From positions 1,632,001-1,696,000 of the forward strand of contig CBDFLE010000006.1 in the NCBI GenBank assembly GCA_965248925.1: DNA of 64,000 nucleotides, in the 5' to 3' direction. The number at the start of each line of letters is the position of its first letter. Position 1 is the first letter of the stretch. Position numbers and translations under genes: made by a program. Source of the DNA: Candidatus Multivoradales bacterium (GTDB taxonomy: Bacteria > Acidobacteriota > Thermoanaerobaculia > Multivoradales > J023). Positions 1 to 9,391 of the stretch are shown one piece after another. A model generated the notes under the pieces. The model searched no databases and had not been told where the DNA came from. It saw only the letters and a list, made by a program, of their open reading frames with translations.

Positions 1-324
1 GAACGTAACCCCGCCCGCAACCCTCTCGACGGTGGCGACCGGCAAGCCAGAAGGCAGCAACCACCAGCGCCACAGACCACCGCCGAGCAGCAACAACAGC
101 ATCGCTGCCAGCGCCAACAAGGCGCCGCGCCGGAAGCGATTGCGCTGCCTATTCGTCGCCACCGTGCGCCGCCACTCGGCATGCGCCGCCGCTTTCACCT
201 GCGCCGCCACCGCGGCCGGCACCGGCGGTCTGGGACCGGCGAGATCCAGCAGTCGAGCGACCGCCCTATCCTCGCCTGGGGGAATATCAGCCAGAGATCT
301 CGGTCCTTTGTATTGCTCGTTCAT
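1..324 (-). CDS. FecR-like anti-sigma factor, N-terminal part (runs off window)
   Basis: ATG at 324 overlaps the sigma factor stop (ATGA). Reads MNEQYKGPRS...RLLDLAGPRPPVP...AEWRR, then a hydrophobic TM segment (ALLALAAMLLLLGGLW). Not in the ORF track. Confidence 0.65.
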   Translation of the reverse strand, partial: MNEQYKGPRSLADIPPGEDRAVARLLDLAGPRPPVPAAVAAQVKAAAHAEWRRTVATNRQRNRFRRGALLALAAMLLLLLGGGLWRWWLLPSGLPVATVERVAGGVTF

Positions 325-947
325 GCTCCACTCCAAGCCGCGCAGCCACCGCCGATGGATGAAAAGGAATGTTGGAAAGCGCGCCGGGCGCGGGTCAGCA
401 GCGATTCAGCAGCCTTCGGGCCAACTTCGAGCCGGCGAGCGATCTCCTTCACCGGCAACCCTTCCAGGTACTTCCATTCGAGAGCCTGGCCGTAGCGCGG
501 CGGCAACTCGTCAAGCACCGCGTGGACGGCGGCGGCCACCTGCTTGCGTTCCAACGACTGCTCAGGGCCGTCGATGCCCGCGGCCAGCCCATCGAGCGCC
601 GCCCGCACCTCCGGCGCTTCTTCGACCAGCTCCACTGCCGTCGGCGACCGGCGCAAACGACGGTAGTGACCGCTGATCTCGTAGCGGCAAATAGTAAACA
701 ACCAGCCCGCCAGCGAAGAGTCGCCACGAAAGCCACGCAAATTGGCGATCGCCTTGCAGATCGCCGTCTGCACCACTTCGCGAGCCAACTCCGGGTCGCT
801 CAGCCTGGCCAAGGCGAAACGGTAGAGACCCGGAAAGTGCCCCTCGAAGAAGTCCTCGAAAGCCGCTTCGTCTCCACCGAGCATGCGCTCGACCAAGGCC
901 CGATCACCTGCCTCGGGCGGGCTCGGAGATTGCCGTGAGAATCGCAT
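321..947 (-). CDS. ECF RNA polymerase sigma factor (sigma-70 family)
   Basis: GDEAAFEDF, AREVVQTAI, region 2 FRGDSSLAGWLFTICR, region 4 LPVKEIARRLEVGPKAAESLLTRAR. Confidence 0.92.
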   Translation of the reverse strand: MRFSRQSPSPPEAGDRALVERMLGGDEAAFEDFFEGHFPGLYRFALARLSDPELAREVVQTAICKAIANLRGFRGDSSLAGWLFTICRYEISGHYRRLRRSPTAVELVEEAPEVRAALDGLAAGIDGPEQSLERKQVAAAVHAVLDELPPRYGQALEWKYLEGLPVKEIARRLEVGPKAAESLLTRARRAFQHSFSSIGGGCAAWSGA

Positions 948-1130
948 GTAGATATGGAGTCCAGCGTTTGGTGAATCCTTCGCCCGACTATTCGATCACT
1001 TTTTCGTCGCCAATGCGAGAAGGATCGCGGCCCAGCTGGACTCATCACAAACGCAGCCAAACCGGCTAATAGCCAGGCGGCGGCATGAGGACTAGAGAGA
1101 CCCTTACCGCGACCCAAGAAAGGAAAAGAG

Positions 1131-2207
1131 ATGAAGAACCTACCGCGAACCCAACAGCTCTGGAGCACTGTCTTGATTCTCGGCCTGCTGCTCCTGGCCC
1201 CGGCTCTACTGGCCCAGGACGACGAGTTCACCGACGAGTTCAACCGCGAGGGATGTACCTTCACCAGCACCGGCAACAACCCCTACTTCCCCCTCACGCC
1301 AGGCTACGTCTTGGACTACGAAGGTCAAGAAGAGGACGACGAGGGTGAGCTGGTGGATATCGCTCTGACCATTACCATCACGGCCGACACCGAGCTTGTT
1401 GATGGCGTCATGACCCGCGTCCTAGAAGAGGTCGAGAGCGAGGATGGTGAGTTGGTCGAGGTATCGCGCAACTTCATCGCCATGTGCCGCGAGACCGGCG
1501 ATCTCTGGTACTTCGGTGAAGATGTCGACGACTATGAAGACGGCGAGATCGTCGGCCACGAGGGGGCCTGGCGAGCAGGCCAGAACGGCGCCGCACCCGG
1601 CATCTTTCTCCTCGGCACACAGATTCTCGGCGCCCGCTACTTCCAAGAGGTGGCCCCCGGCATCGCTCTCGACCTGGCCGAAGTGATCAGCCTCGACGAG
1701 CAGCTCATCGTCCCCGCTGGCACCTTCGAAGACCTGCTTTTCATCGAAGAAGGCTCCGGCCTCGAACCCGATGCCGAAAGTAGTAAGTGGTATGCCCATG
1801 GTATCGGTCTAGTCAAGGACGACGATCTCGACTTGATCGGCATCACCCCACCCCCCTGCCAGCCCGGCGCCACCACCCACTGCCTGGCCGATGGCCGCTT
1901 CAAAGTTGAAGTGGCTTGGCAGCGAGCCAACGGCAACGAGGGCCTGGGCAACGCCCTCCTGGGCAACAATTCGAGTGGCGAATTCTGGTTCTTCGGCAGC
2001 GACAACACCGAGCTGTTGGTCAAAGTGCTCGATGCCTGTGACGGCACCTTCAACAGCTTCTGGGTATTCGCCGCCGGCTTGACCAACGTCGGTGTCACCT
2101 TGACCGTCACCGATACTCAGAGCGGCCAGATTCGCGAGTACGAGAACCTGATCGGCGCCGATTACCAGCCGGTCCTCGATACCCAAGCCTTCCAGACCTG
2201 CCCCTAG
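1131..2207 (+). CDS. Secreted protein with Acidobacteria-type C-terminal domain
   Basis: Signal peptide; C-terminal PCQPGATTHCLADGRFKVEVAW...FWFFGSDNTELLVKVLDAC...FWVFAAGLTNV...DTQAF module; purine-rich RBS. Confidence 0.8.
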   Translation: MKNLPRTQQLWSTVLILGLLLLAPALLAQDDEFTDEFNREGCTFTSTGNNPYFPLTPGYVLDYEGQEEDDEGELVDIALTITITADTELVDGVMTRVLEEVESEDGELVEVSRNFIAMCRETGDLWYFGEDVDDYEDGEIVGHEGAWRAGQNGAAPGIFLLGTQILGARYFQEVAPGIALDLAEVISLDEQLIVPAGTFEDLLFIEEGSGLEPDAESSKWYAHGIGLVKDDDLDLIGITPPPCQPGATTHCLADGRFKVEVAWQRANGNEGLGNALLGNNSSGEFWFFGSDNTELLVKVLDACDGTFNSFWVFAAGLTNVGVTLTVTDTQSGQIREYENLIGADYQPVLDTQAFQTCP

Positions 2208-2230
2208 CCGCCCGCCTGGCCCCCAGGACA

Positions 2231-2268
2231 GGGCGGGTGCGTCTGATCACCGGCGTACCCGCCCCTTT
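2231..2268 (+). terminator. Putative intrinsic terminator between convergent genes
   Basis: GGGCGGGTGCG...CGTACCCGCCC stem followed by a short T run. Confidence 0.4.
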
Positions 2269-2310
2269 CCTTCCACATTGCTACCAGGGCCATGGGGGAT
2301 CCGCAGCCAG

Positions 2311-4011
2311 CTAGGAGCACTCGTCCGGAATGCCGTCAAGGTCGAGATCGAGAGATTTCTTGCGGTAAATATCGGTCCAGTCCGGAATGCGGTTGCCGTT
2401 GCAGTCCTTGGCCGTCGGATCAGGCTCGGTCTTCTCTTGCAGCAAGGTCAGTGGGCCGGTGTTCTTGGCCACCATGAGAATCTCAGTCTGGGCGGTGGGC
2501 AAACGATCATGACCCTCGGAGAAGACCTCCCAATTGTCGGCCAGGAACGTCCCGCGATCGGGAATCCGCAGCGGTGCGATGGTCGTCGCACCGCCAGTGA
2601 CAATGATGTTGCCACAGCGGTCCAGGCGGCAATCCTCGCCGCTAATATCGATCACTTGGGTCCAGAAGCTACCCTCCGGAAGACCCGTTTCGTCGGCCAC
2701 CAAATAGGCACCGTTGTAGAGCATGATGCGGTAGCTCTCGGTGTTGAGGTACGAGAAATCGGTCTTCAAGCGCAGCATCGGCCCCTCCTCGGTCATTTCA
2801 TTGCTGATCCTGAAGAAAGAAAACCGCTGCCCCGGCTGGCCATCGACGATGCCCGTCTGGTAGGTCACCAGTGACGCTCCTGGAGCACTCAAGGAGAAGT
2901 TGGGAGAAACTAGTCGAGTATCCATGTCGAGGGTCTCGGGCACATACTGCAGCAGCCGCATCTGCGAGCCAGTACCATCGATCTTCAGCACCTCTTGACT
3001 ACCGTGCTGCTCCAGAGTAAGCGTAACGTTCCGGCTAGCGGTGTTGAGGAAGCCGTCGAAAGTACAGGCATTGTTGCCGATCACCGCATTGGGCATCGCT
3101 GGCTTCCAGGCCAGATCACATTCGTCCGGTACCCGATTGCTGAGCACGTTGAGCGAAGCGCCGCTGGCGATATCACCATAATCCGGCAGACCATTGCGGT
3201 TGCAGTCTTTGGCGTTAGGCGGCGGGATCGTGGTTTCCTTCAGAATCTGCAGCTCATCCAGGTTACTGGCCACCATCTCGATCGAAGTCTGCACCAGCGG
3301 CTGACGGCTATGACCCGCAGAGAAAATCTCCCAGTTGTCGGCCAAGAACTCGCCCACCCCAGTGATGGTGAAGATCGTCGGGTCCGGCAGATCGCCGGTG
3401 ATGATGATGTTCCCATCGTCGTCAATGTTGCAGTCCTCGCCGCTGATGTCGCCGATCGGAATCGACATATGTCCACGCCGCAGGCCAGCAGCGTCAGCAA
3501 CCAGCGAGTCGCCATTGTAGAGCTTGATGCGATAGGACTTTGCGCCGATGAACGAGTAGTTGGCTTCGAGATCCAAACGGGTGCCCCGATTGTCGACCGA
3601 GAAGGACGAGAAAACCTGGTCCACCAGGCCGTCAACCGTTCCCCGCTGTATGGTCAACAAGCTCGCTCCGCGACGGCTCAAGGAGAAGTTAGGAGTCACC
3701 AGACGGGTATCCATGTCGATCGAATTGGGCACGTACTGAGTAACTCCAAAGGGCGCTTCAGGGTTCATGTTCTTCACCCGCAGCACCTCCGTAAGCTGCC
3801 CTGACGGCGACGGCACAGAAAGCAGTGAAAGCTCACTCCCCCCAGTGCTGACATTGAGGAATCCCGAGAAGGTACATCTCGTGGCATCGAGGCATTTGTT
3901 GGGCAACACGGGTTCGGGCTGAACGGTGATGATGGCTAGGCTAGGATTAGCGAGCACCGCAGATAGTAGAAATCCAAGGATAGTGAGGTTAATCGATCTC
4001 GTTTTCATCAT
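2311..4011 (-). CDS. Secreted protein with two tandem ~270-aa homologous domains, each ending in DCNxNGxPD repeats
   Basis: Signal peptide; internal duplication (CTFSGFLN/CTFDGFLN, MDTRLVxPNFSLS, DISGEDC, FLADNWE, AKDCNxNxxPD). Confidence 0.8.
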   Translation of the reverse strand: MMKTRSINLTILGFLLSAVLANPSLAIITVQPEPVLPNKCLDATRCTFSGFLNVSTGGSELSLLSVPSPSGQLTEVLRVKNMNPEAPFGVTQYVPNSIDMDTRLVTPNFSLSRRGASLLTIQRGTVDGLVDQVFSSFSVDNRGTRLDLEANYSFIGAKSYRIKLYNGDSLVADAAGLRRGHMSIPIGDISGEDCNIDDDGNIIITGDLPDPTIFTITGVGEFLADNWEIFSAGHSRQPLVQTSIEMVASNLDELQILKETTIPPPNAKDCNRNGLPDYGDIASGASLNVLSNRVPDECDLAWKPAMPNAVIGNNACTFDGFLNTASRNVTLTLEQHGSQEVLKIDGTGSQMRLLQYVPETLDMDTRLVSPNFSLSAPGASLVTYQTGIVDGQPGQRFSFFRISNEMTEEGPMLRLKTDFSYLNTESYRIMLYNGAYLVADETGLPEGSFWTQVIDISGEDCRLDRCGNIIVTGGATTIAPLRIPDRGTFLADNWEVFSEGHDRLPTAQTEILMVAKNTGPLTLLQEKTEPDPTAKDCNGNRIPDWTDIYRKKSLDLDLDGIPDECS

Positions 4012-4492
4012 TCATCATCTCCAGAAACTAGAAAGATCGCACATGGCCATTTCACCCTAGGGAATAGGCCGGAGGAACATAGTTCGGAATGGGCCCGCCT
4101 GACGATTGACTGACTTACAGTGCGAACGTCGGCAGGCAGCCGCCAAAGAGATCTCGCTTTGACGGGAGTAAGGGCGGCGCTCTGGCCTGCCGCGGCAACG
4201 CACTCTCGATGAGGCGATGTTGCAAGGAGCCTCCCAAGTCTGAGAACGAATTCTCGAACAAAATTAGTACATTTCGACATGCAACTATACGAAGGTCCGC
4301 CATTCCGGTCAAGAGAAAAAACCTATTAAACCCTGCACCAAGGTGAAAGGTTTAGCAGCAAGATATTGACACCACTGCGCTTAGCCGGTGAGTGGTAAGC
4401 CCTGGGAGTTTGTAGGCACGCATGGCAGGTGTTCGACTTCGACAACCGAGCCAGCAGGCTCACCTGGCGCTCCTACGGGAAGTTCACGCCCC

Positions 4493-4524
4493 TTGACTCT
4501 GCATCTAGGTATAGGGTTTAAACT
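4493..4524 (+). promoter_or_regulatory. MerR-type long-spacer promoter with operator dyad
   Basis: -35 TTGACT (4493), -10 TAAACT (4519), 20-bp spacer containing the imperfect dyad ACTCTGCATCTAGGTATAGGGT; ATG follows 7 nt after the -10 (leaderless-like). Confidence 0.75.
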
Positions 4525-4531
4525 AGGGGTC

Positions 4532-4942
4532 ATGCCTGGATTGACCATCGGCAAGCTAGCGCAGCGGGCTGGGATCGCGGTCCAGACCATCCGCTTCTAT
4601 GAGCGGCGCGGCCTGATCCCGGACCCACCGAGGAAGGCTTCGGGCTATCGTCAGTATCCAGCGGGGACTCTGCGCCGCCTGCGCTTCATCCGCCGCGCCA
4701 AAGAGCTGGGATTCTCCTTGCGCGAAATCGAGGAGCTACTCGCCCTACGGCTGGAGCCGACCACCCCCTGCGCCGCGGTGCAGCGGCAGATCGGCGGCAA
4801 GCTGCAAGACGTGCAGGAACGGATTCGTGATCTGCAGCGCATGGGACGCGCCCTCGAGGAGCTACACACCCTGTGCGAGACCAACGATCCGTTGGGCGAT
4901 TGCCCGATTCTCGATCTGCTGGAGCAGACCGGCAATGAATGA
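4532..4942 (+). CDS. MerR-family heavy-metal-responsive transcriptional regulator
   Basis: LTIGKLAQRAGIAVQTIRFYERRGL, GYRQY, FIRRAKELGFSLREIEELL; three Cys (TPCAAV, LCET, DCPILD). Confidence 0.93.
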   Translation: MPGLTIGKLAQRAGIAVQTIRFYERRGLIPDPPRKASGYRQYPAGTLRRLRFIRRAKELGFSLREIEELLALRLEPTTPCAAVQRQIGGKLQDVQERIRDLQRMGRALEELHTLCETNDPLGDCPILDLLEQTGNE

Positions 4943-4984
4943 CTACAGAAGCACCGCCAGGAACTTGCTGCGAGGAATCCCTGG

Positions 4985-5458
4985 ATGAGCGACGACTGCT
5001 GTAGAGCACCGATGAGCAAGAACGGCAGCGGCCGCTGCCCGATCTCGGGAGGGGTCGGACAGTCGGTCAAGTGGACCACCATGGTGGCCCTCTCGGCGGT
5101 GCCGATTCCCCCCCGTCAGGCCATCTCGCTCTGTCTCGATATGGACTGCGAGGTGGTCTACTTCGGCGAGAGTGGCCTCGAGCTGCGGGGTGCCGACCTG
5201 CACACCGTCCCGGGTTTCAAAGTTGGCGGCGACAATCTGGTTTGCTACTGCTTCCAGCATTCTCGCTCGGCGATCGAGCAAGAGGTGCGGACCCTGGCCA
5301 GCAGCCCGACCTTCGACGAGATCCGCAAACAAGTGAAAGCGAAGAACTGCGCTTGCGAGGTGCGCAACCCGACCGGCAAGTGCTGCCTCAGAGACATCCA
5401 ACGAATTGTCGAGGAAACCTCGATGAAAGGAGCTGCCCCATGCCAGCGATCTGCCTGA
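4985..5458 (+). CDS. Cys-rich copper-chaperone-associated (CopZ N-terminal Zn/BFD-like 2Fe-2S) protein
   Basis: CPISG, CLDMDCEVVYF, VCYCF, CACEVRNPTGKCC motifs. Confidence 0.8.
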   Translation: MSDDCCRAPMSKNGSGRCPISGGVGQSVKWTTMVALSAVPIPPRQAISLCLDMDCEVVYFGESGLELRGADLHTVPGFKVGGDNLVCYCFQHSRSAIEQEVRTLASSPTFDEIRKQVKAKNCACEVRNPTGKCCLRDIQRIVEETSMKGAAPCQRSA

Positions 5459-5541
5459 TCTGCGGCGCCCTGGGTACTGCCTGCGGCGCCTTGTGTACCG
5501 CCTGCTGCGCCGTCGGTGCTGCCTTGTTCATCGCCCCCTAG
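5440..5541 (+). CDS. Small Cys-rich hydrophobic peptide (33 aa, 6 Cys)
   Basis: AAAGGAG RBS just upstream of ATG 5440; MPAICLICGALGTACGALCTACCAVGAALFIAP*; fills the gap in the operon. Confidence 0.6.
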   Translation: MPAICLICGALGTACGALCTACCAVGAALFIAP

Positions 5542-5559
5542 CCACTGCGAGCGTTGCCA

Positions 5560-5931
5560 ATGGCCAACCAACGCAATCTCCGGGCTTGGGGCGCGGCCTC
5601 CACCGGCGCTGGCGCCGCGGTGCTTGCCACCGCGGCGACGGCTTGCTGCGTTCCCATTCTCGCGCCCTTTCTGGTCAGCGTGCTGGGAGTCAGCGGCTCG
5701 ATCTGGGCCGCTGGCCTGAAACCCTACAGCCTGATCATTCTCGCCATCGCCGGCTTACTGCTGGGCTACGGGTTCTGGACCGTCTACCGCCGCCGAGCGC
5801 TGGTCGAGGGTGAGACTTGCGCCGCCAGGCCGCCGTTGATGGTGCGGCCAGTGCTGTGGTTCTCTGCCTTGCTGTGGCTCCTGGCCTTGGTCGCCAACAC
5901 CCTGCAATTACTCGCCTTGAGGAGTGGATAG
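5560..5931 (+). CDS. MerT-like heavy-metal transport membrane protein
   Basis: TM1 with a CC pair (ATACCVPILAP), LKPY motif, three hydrophobic segments, loop Cys (GETCAAR). Confidence 0.8.
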   Translation: MANQRNLRAWGAASTGAGAAVLATAATACCVPILAPFLVSVLGVSGSIWAAGLKPYSLIILAIAGLLLGYGFWTVYRRRALVEGETCAARPPLMVRPVLWFSALLWLLALVANTLQLLALRSG

Positions 5932-6543
5932 ATGGGAATAACACGAGTTCTCAAACTCGAACTGATCATCTTGGCGGTGATCGTCGCTACCCTTGCCCTG
6001 GTAGGTTTGGGCAGAACGCTGGCGTCATCCGCTAGCCAAGAAAGCGAACTGAGCTACGAGATCATCGATGCGGACTTGCAGCCCTTTCGCGAGTCCTTTA
6101 ACGCCGCCTCCGAGCATCTCCGCGCCGTCCTCCTGGTGGGCCCTACGTGAGGGGTCTGTCTTCGGGGGGTCTCCGAAGTCGACAAAGCGTTGGCCGCCGC
6201 CAACATTCCAAATCTCTCCGTTTTTGTCATCTCCTCCAGCCAGCTCGGCGCCAAAGAGAAACACGTCGCCAACGCGATGAAGCTGATGCAAGGTGGCCAC
6301 GTCCGCCACTACTGGGACGCTGACCGCCACGTCGGCACCGCCGTGCAGCCTCTGGTCGCCGGTCTCGACCAACCGGCCTGGGACTTCTGGATGCTCTACA
6401 AACCAGGTCAGACCTGGGGCGAGGAAACCCCCGAGCCAGATTGGTGGGAACACCAACTCGGCGACCTCAGCCGCGAGTTCAAACAGCGCCGGCTCGACGC
6501 TGAGCGATTTGCCGGCAAGGCCAAAGAGCTCGCCGGCCCTTAG
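5932..6543 (+). CDS. Membrane-anchored thioredoxin-like selenoprotein (UxxC; Sec at 6148-6150)
   Basis: Track ORFs 5932-6150 and 6190-6543 are in the same frame across a single TGA. Readthrough gives VLLVGPT-U-GVCLRG, and a hairpin follows the UGA. Confidence 0.8.
6157..6184 (+). promoter_or_regulatory. Bacterial SECIS-like hairpin
   Basis: CTTCGGG(G)-GGT-(C)TCCGAAG stem, extendable by TGTC/GACA; G-rich apical loop about 17 nt after the UGA. Confidence 0.7.
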
Positions 6544-6619
6544 GCCCGGCTCCCTGTGCGATGGGCGCGTCCGATACCACCTACGCACCCATCGATTCAC
6601 CTCTCTAGCGCGATAGGAC

Positions 6620-6653
6620 TTGATGACTATACGGCCAGGCCGTATAGTCATCA
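6620..6653 (+). promoter_or_regulatory. TA promoter embedded in a perfect palindromic operator (16-bp arms)
   Basis: TGATGACTATACGGCC-A-GGCCGTATAGTCATCA; -35 TTGATG and -10 TATAGT with a 17-bp spacer. Confidence 0.75.
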
Positions 6654-6656
6654 TCT

Positions 6657-6935
6657 ATGGAGTTGGAATGGGATGAGCACAAGCGGCATCGCAATCTGGC
6701 CAAGCATGGCGTGGATTTCCGCGACGCTGTACGGGTTTTCCTCGATCCGCATCTGCTTTGGGGATTCGATGATCGACATAGTGACCATGAAGACCGTTGG
6801 TGGAACCTCGGCATCACCGTGGGAGCGGTCCTGTTGGTCGTGACCACCGAGCGAGGCACCGTGCAACGCATCATTTCGGCAAGAAAGGCCACTCAAGATG
6901 AGCGAGCAGCGTATTACGAGAATCTCACTCGCTGA
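6657..6935 (+). CDS. BrnT-family toxin
   Basis: MELEWDEHKRHRNLAKHGVDFRDA...EDRW...RIISARKAT. Confidence 0.9.
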   Translation: MELEWDEHKRHRNLAKHGVDFRDAVRVFLDPHLLWGFDDRHSDHEDRWWNLGITVGAVLLVVTTERGTVQRIISARKATQDERAAYYENLTR

Positions 6936-7275
6936 GCGAGGCGAGACCAAGACTTTGAAGGGCGAGACCGACTGGCATCGGCTGGACGCGATGGACGACC
7001 TGGAAGTTCGCCGAGCTGCCGAGAGCGACCCCGACGCGCAGCCCCTGACCGCTCGCCAGCTCGCCAGGGCTTGCAGAGTTCCAGAAGTCGACGTCCGGGA
7101 GGTCCGGCGACGGCGAAACATGTCCCAGGCAGCCTTTGCCAACAGCTACGGTCTGACGTTGGACGCGGTGCAGGACTGGGAACAAGGGCGGCGTCCTCCA
7201 AATCGGTATGCCAGGATATTGCTCGCGGTAATCGATAGAGAGCCAGAGGCTGTCAAGCGGGCTCTGACGGGTTAA
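6898..7275 (+). CDS. HTH (Cro/C1-type) antitoxin
   Basis: TDWHRLDAMDD...SDPDAQPL; MSQAAFA...VQDWEQGRRPP; overlaps the toxin gene. Confidence 0.85.
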   Translation: MSEQRITRISLAERGETKTLKGETDWHRLDAMDDLEVRRAAESDPDAQPLTARQLARACRVPEVDVREVRRRRNMSQAAFANSYGLTLDAVQDWEQGRRPPNRYARILLAVIDREPEAVKRALTG

Positions 7276-7471
7276 TTGCCTGCGCCGTCGAAACATCGCG
7301 GGAGAAACTCGCCGACCCGAATCTCCAAGCGCGCGGGCAGGCCACTCGACGTCAACCCACGCCGCCGGCCAGAAAGCCGGTGTGCTACGGTTCTAGCTTC
7401 GCAAGATTGAAAGAACTCAATTCTCTGGAACTGGAGATCAAGGCTCGAGCCAGAGCTGAAAGGAATTTAGG

Positions 7472-8449
7472 ATGAGCTTTTTCGCCTTCCTTTTTGGATT
7501 GCTCGTCTATGTCGCCCTGGGCATTGGAGCGCGAGGTTTCTTCACCGTGCGGCCCAATGAACGGGCAGTAAAAACCTCTTTTGGCCGCGCCGAAAGACTT
7601 GAGGGAGCACCTAGCGGGGCTCCTGATCTCAGCGCTGAAGAGCAGGACCGCTACCGCTATCCGCAGCTCCGCGTCATCCCACCGGGCGGTCCCTATTTGA
7701 AGATGCCCTGGCAGCAGGTACATAAAGTGTCGGTGGCCACCCAAGCGGTCGATCTGGTGTGGGATCCGACCAAATCGCAGAACACCATCGAATCGGTGAC
7801 CAAGGACAACCTGACCACCGGCGTCAACGGCCAGCTGCGCTACCGGGTGAGCGAGAGCAACCTCTATCCCTACCTCTTTGGCGTCACCAGCCCGCTGGAA
7901 CATGTCATGGGCTTCTTCGTCTCGGTGCTGCGCGAAAGAATCTCCAATTTCGTCGACCCAAAAGGCGCCAGCCTGATCAGCGACAGCGAACTCGACGGCG
8001 ATGAGCAGCCGGCGGCGGAGCTTTCAGAAGGGGTATCGATCAACGATCTACGCAAGAACCTGCCATTGCTCAATCAGTACATGGAACAGCAATGTCATTC
8101 GACGGCCGGACGCTATGGCATCGAGCTAGACGCCGCCCTGGTGACCGAGATCGATCCGCCGTCTGAGGTCGACCACGCCCTATCGGCGATCAACTCGACC
8201 CGCAATCAGGTGGCGGCGGACATCTCCACTGCCCGCGCCGACGCCGAGCAGCAGATCACCCTGAGTGAGCGCGCCGTCGAGATCGCCCAAAACAACGCCG
8301 AGGCCGAGGTCGCGCCGCTGCGCGAGTTAGCTACCATCTTGTCGAAGATTAAAGATCAGGGGGGCTCGGCAGCGTTGGGAGCCTACCTGCGCAACATGCG
8401 CGTGCCCCTCTTCGAACGTGCCAACCGCGTCGTCATTACCAGCGACTGA
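7472..8449 (+). CDS. SPFH/band-7 domain membrane protein
   Basis: N-terminal TM, GFFTVRPNERAVKTSFG, VTKDNL, C-terminal coiled coil. Confidence 0.85.
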   Translation: MSFFAFLFGLLVYVALGIGARGFFTVRPNERAVKTSFGRAERLEGAPSGAPDLSAEEQDRYRYPQLRVIPPGGPYLKMPWQQVHKVSVATQAVDLVWDPTKSQNTIESVTKDNLTTGVNGQLRYRVSESNLYPYLFGVTSPLEHVMGFFVSVLRERISNFVDPKGASLISDSELDGDEQPAAELSEGVSINDLRKNLPLLNQYMEQQCHSTAGRYGIELDAALVTEIDPPSEVDHALSAINSTRNQVAADISTARADAEQQITLSERAVEIAQNNAEAEVAPLRELATILSKIKDQGGSAALGAYLRNMRVPLFERANRVVITSD

Positions 8450-8462
8450 GGGGACAATAACC

Positions 8463-9359
8463 ATGCCAATCTTCCCCGTAATATCATTCCTTTTCGGCCT
8501 GCTCTTGATCCCCATCCTGCTGCGCTTGGCGCGGCTGTTCGGCCTCTACACCATCGTCGGCGAATGCGAATCACAGGTCTTCACCCTCTTCGGCAAAGTT
8601 CTGGGAGTGCTCGACGAGCCCGGCCTGAGCTTTCCCGTCGCCCGCTTCGGCCCAAAAGCGTTCTTGATCCCCTTCTTCGGCCGCCGCCAAGTGGTATCGA
8701 CCGCGCTGCGCCAGCACTACCTGCGCAGCCAGATGGTCAATTCCGAAGAAGGCACGCCGATGGGCGTCGGCATCTGGTACGAGATGAGCGTCAACGACCC
8801 GACTTCCTATCTGTTCACCAACGCCAACCCAGAAGGATCCCTCCAAGCCAACGTCACCAGCTCGACCATCTCGACCCTGTCCAATCTGCAGATGGAAGAG
8901 ATGCTTGAGAATCGCCACAGTTTGAGCCGCACGGTGCGCGCGGCGGTCTCCCCCTTGAGCGAAAAGTGGGGCTATCAGCTGGGCTCGGTTTACATCCGCA
9001 AAGTCGCCTTCACCGACCGCTCGATGGTCGAGAACATCACCGAAAAAGTAGTCAAACGCCTGGTCCAGGTAACCAGCGCGATGAAACAAGACGGAGACAA
9101 CCGGGTCGGCCTGATCCAGAGTGAAACCGCCAAGAAAGTCTCGCAAAGACTCGCCGAAGCCGCCGCCGCCCGCCCGGCGGTGGTCGGCGCAACCTTGAAC
9201 GAAATCGGCCGCCAGGACACCGAGATTCTCAGCTCAGTGATCGAAGTGATGGAAACCGACAAGCTGCTGGCCTCGGGCGCACGGGTTGATGTTCTACCCA
9301 AAGATGCCACCGTGCTGATGCAGCTGGGAGAAGGGGCACCGCCGCTGATCGGGAGCTAA
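8463..9359 (+). CDS. SPFH/band-7 domain membrane protein (second subunit)
   Basis: N-terminal TM, VFTLFGKVLGVLDEPGL, WGYQLGSVYIRKVAF; RBS upstream of ATG 8463. Confidence 0.85.
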   Translation: MPIFPVISFLFGLLLIPILLRLARLFGLYTIVGECESQVFTLFGKVLGVLDEPGLSFPVARFGPKAFLIPFFGRRQVVSTALRQHYLRSQMVNSEEGTPMGVGIWYEMSVNDPTSYLFTNANPEGSLQANVTSSTISTLSNLQMEEMLENRHSLSRTVRAAVSPLSEKWGYQLGSVYIRKVAFTDRSMVENITEKVVKRLVQVTSAMKQDGDNRVGLIQSETAKKVSQRLAEAAAARPAVVGATLNEIGRQDTEILSSVIEVMETDKLLASGARVDVLPKDATVLMQLGEGAPPLIGS

Positions 9360-9362
9360 ACC

Positions 9363-9391
9363 AAGACGGGCGCCCAGCCGTGCGCCCCTAC
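9363..9391. repeat. GTAG-family REP-like palindrome
   Basis: AAGACGGGCGCCCAGCCGTGCGCCCCTAC; 28/29 identical to 36026-36054. Confidence 0.7.
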
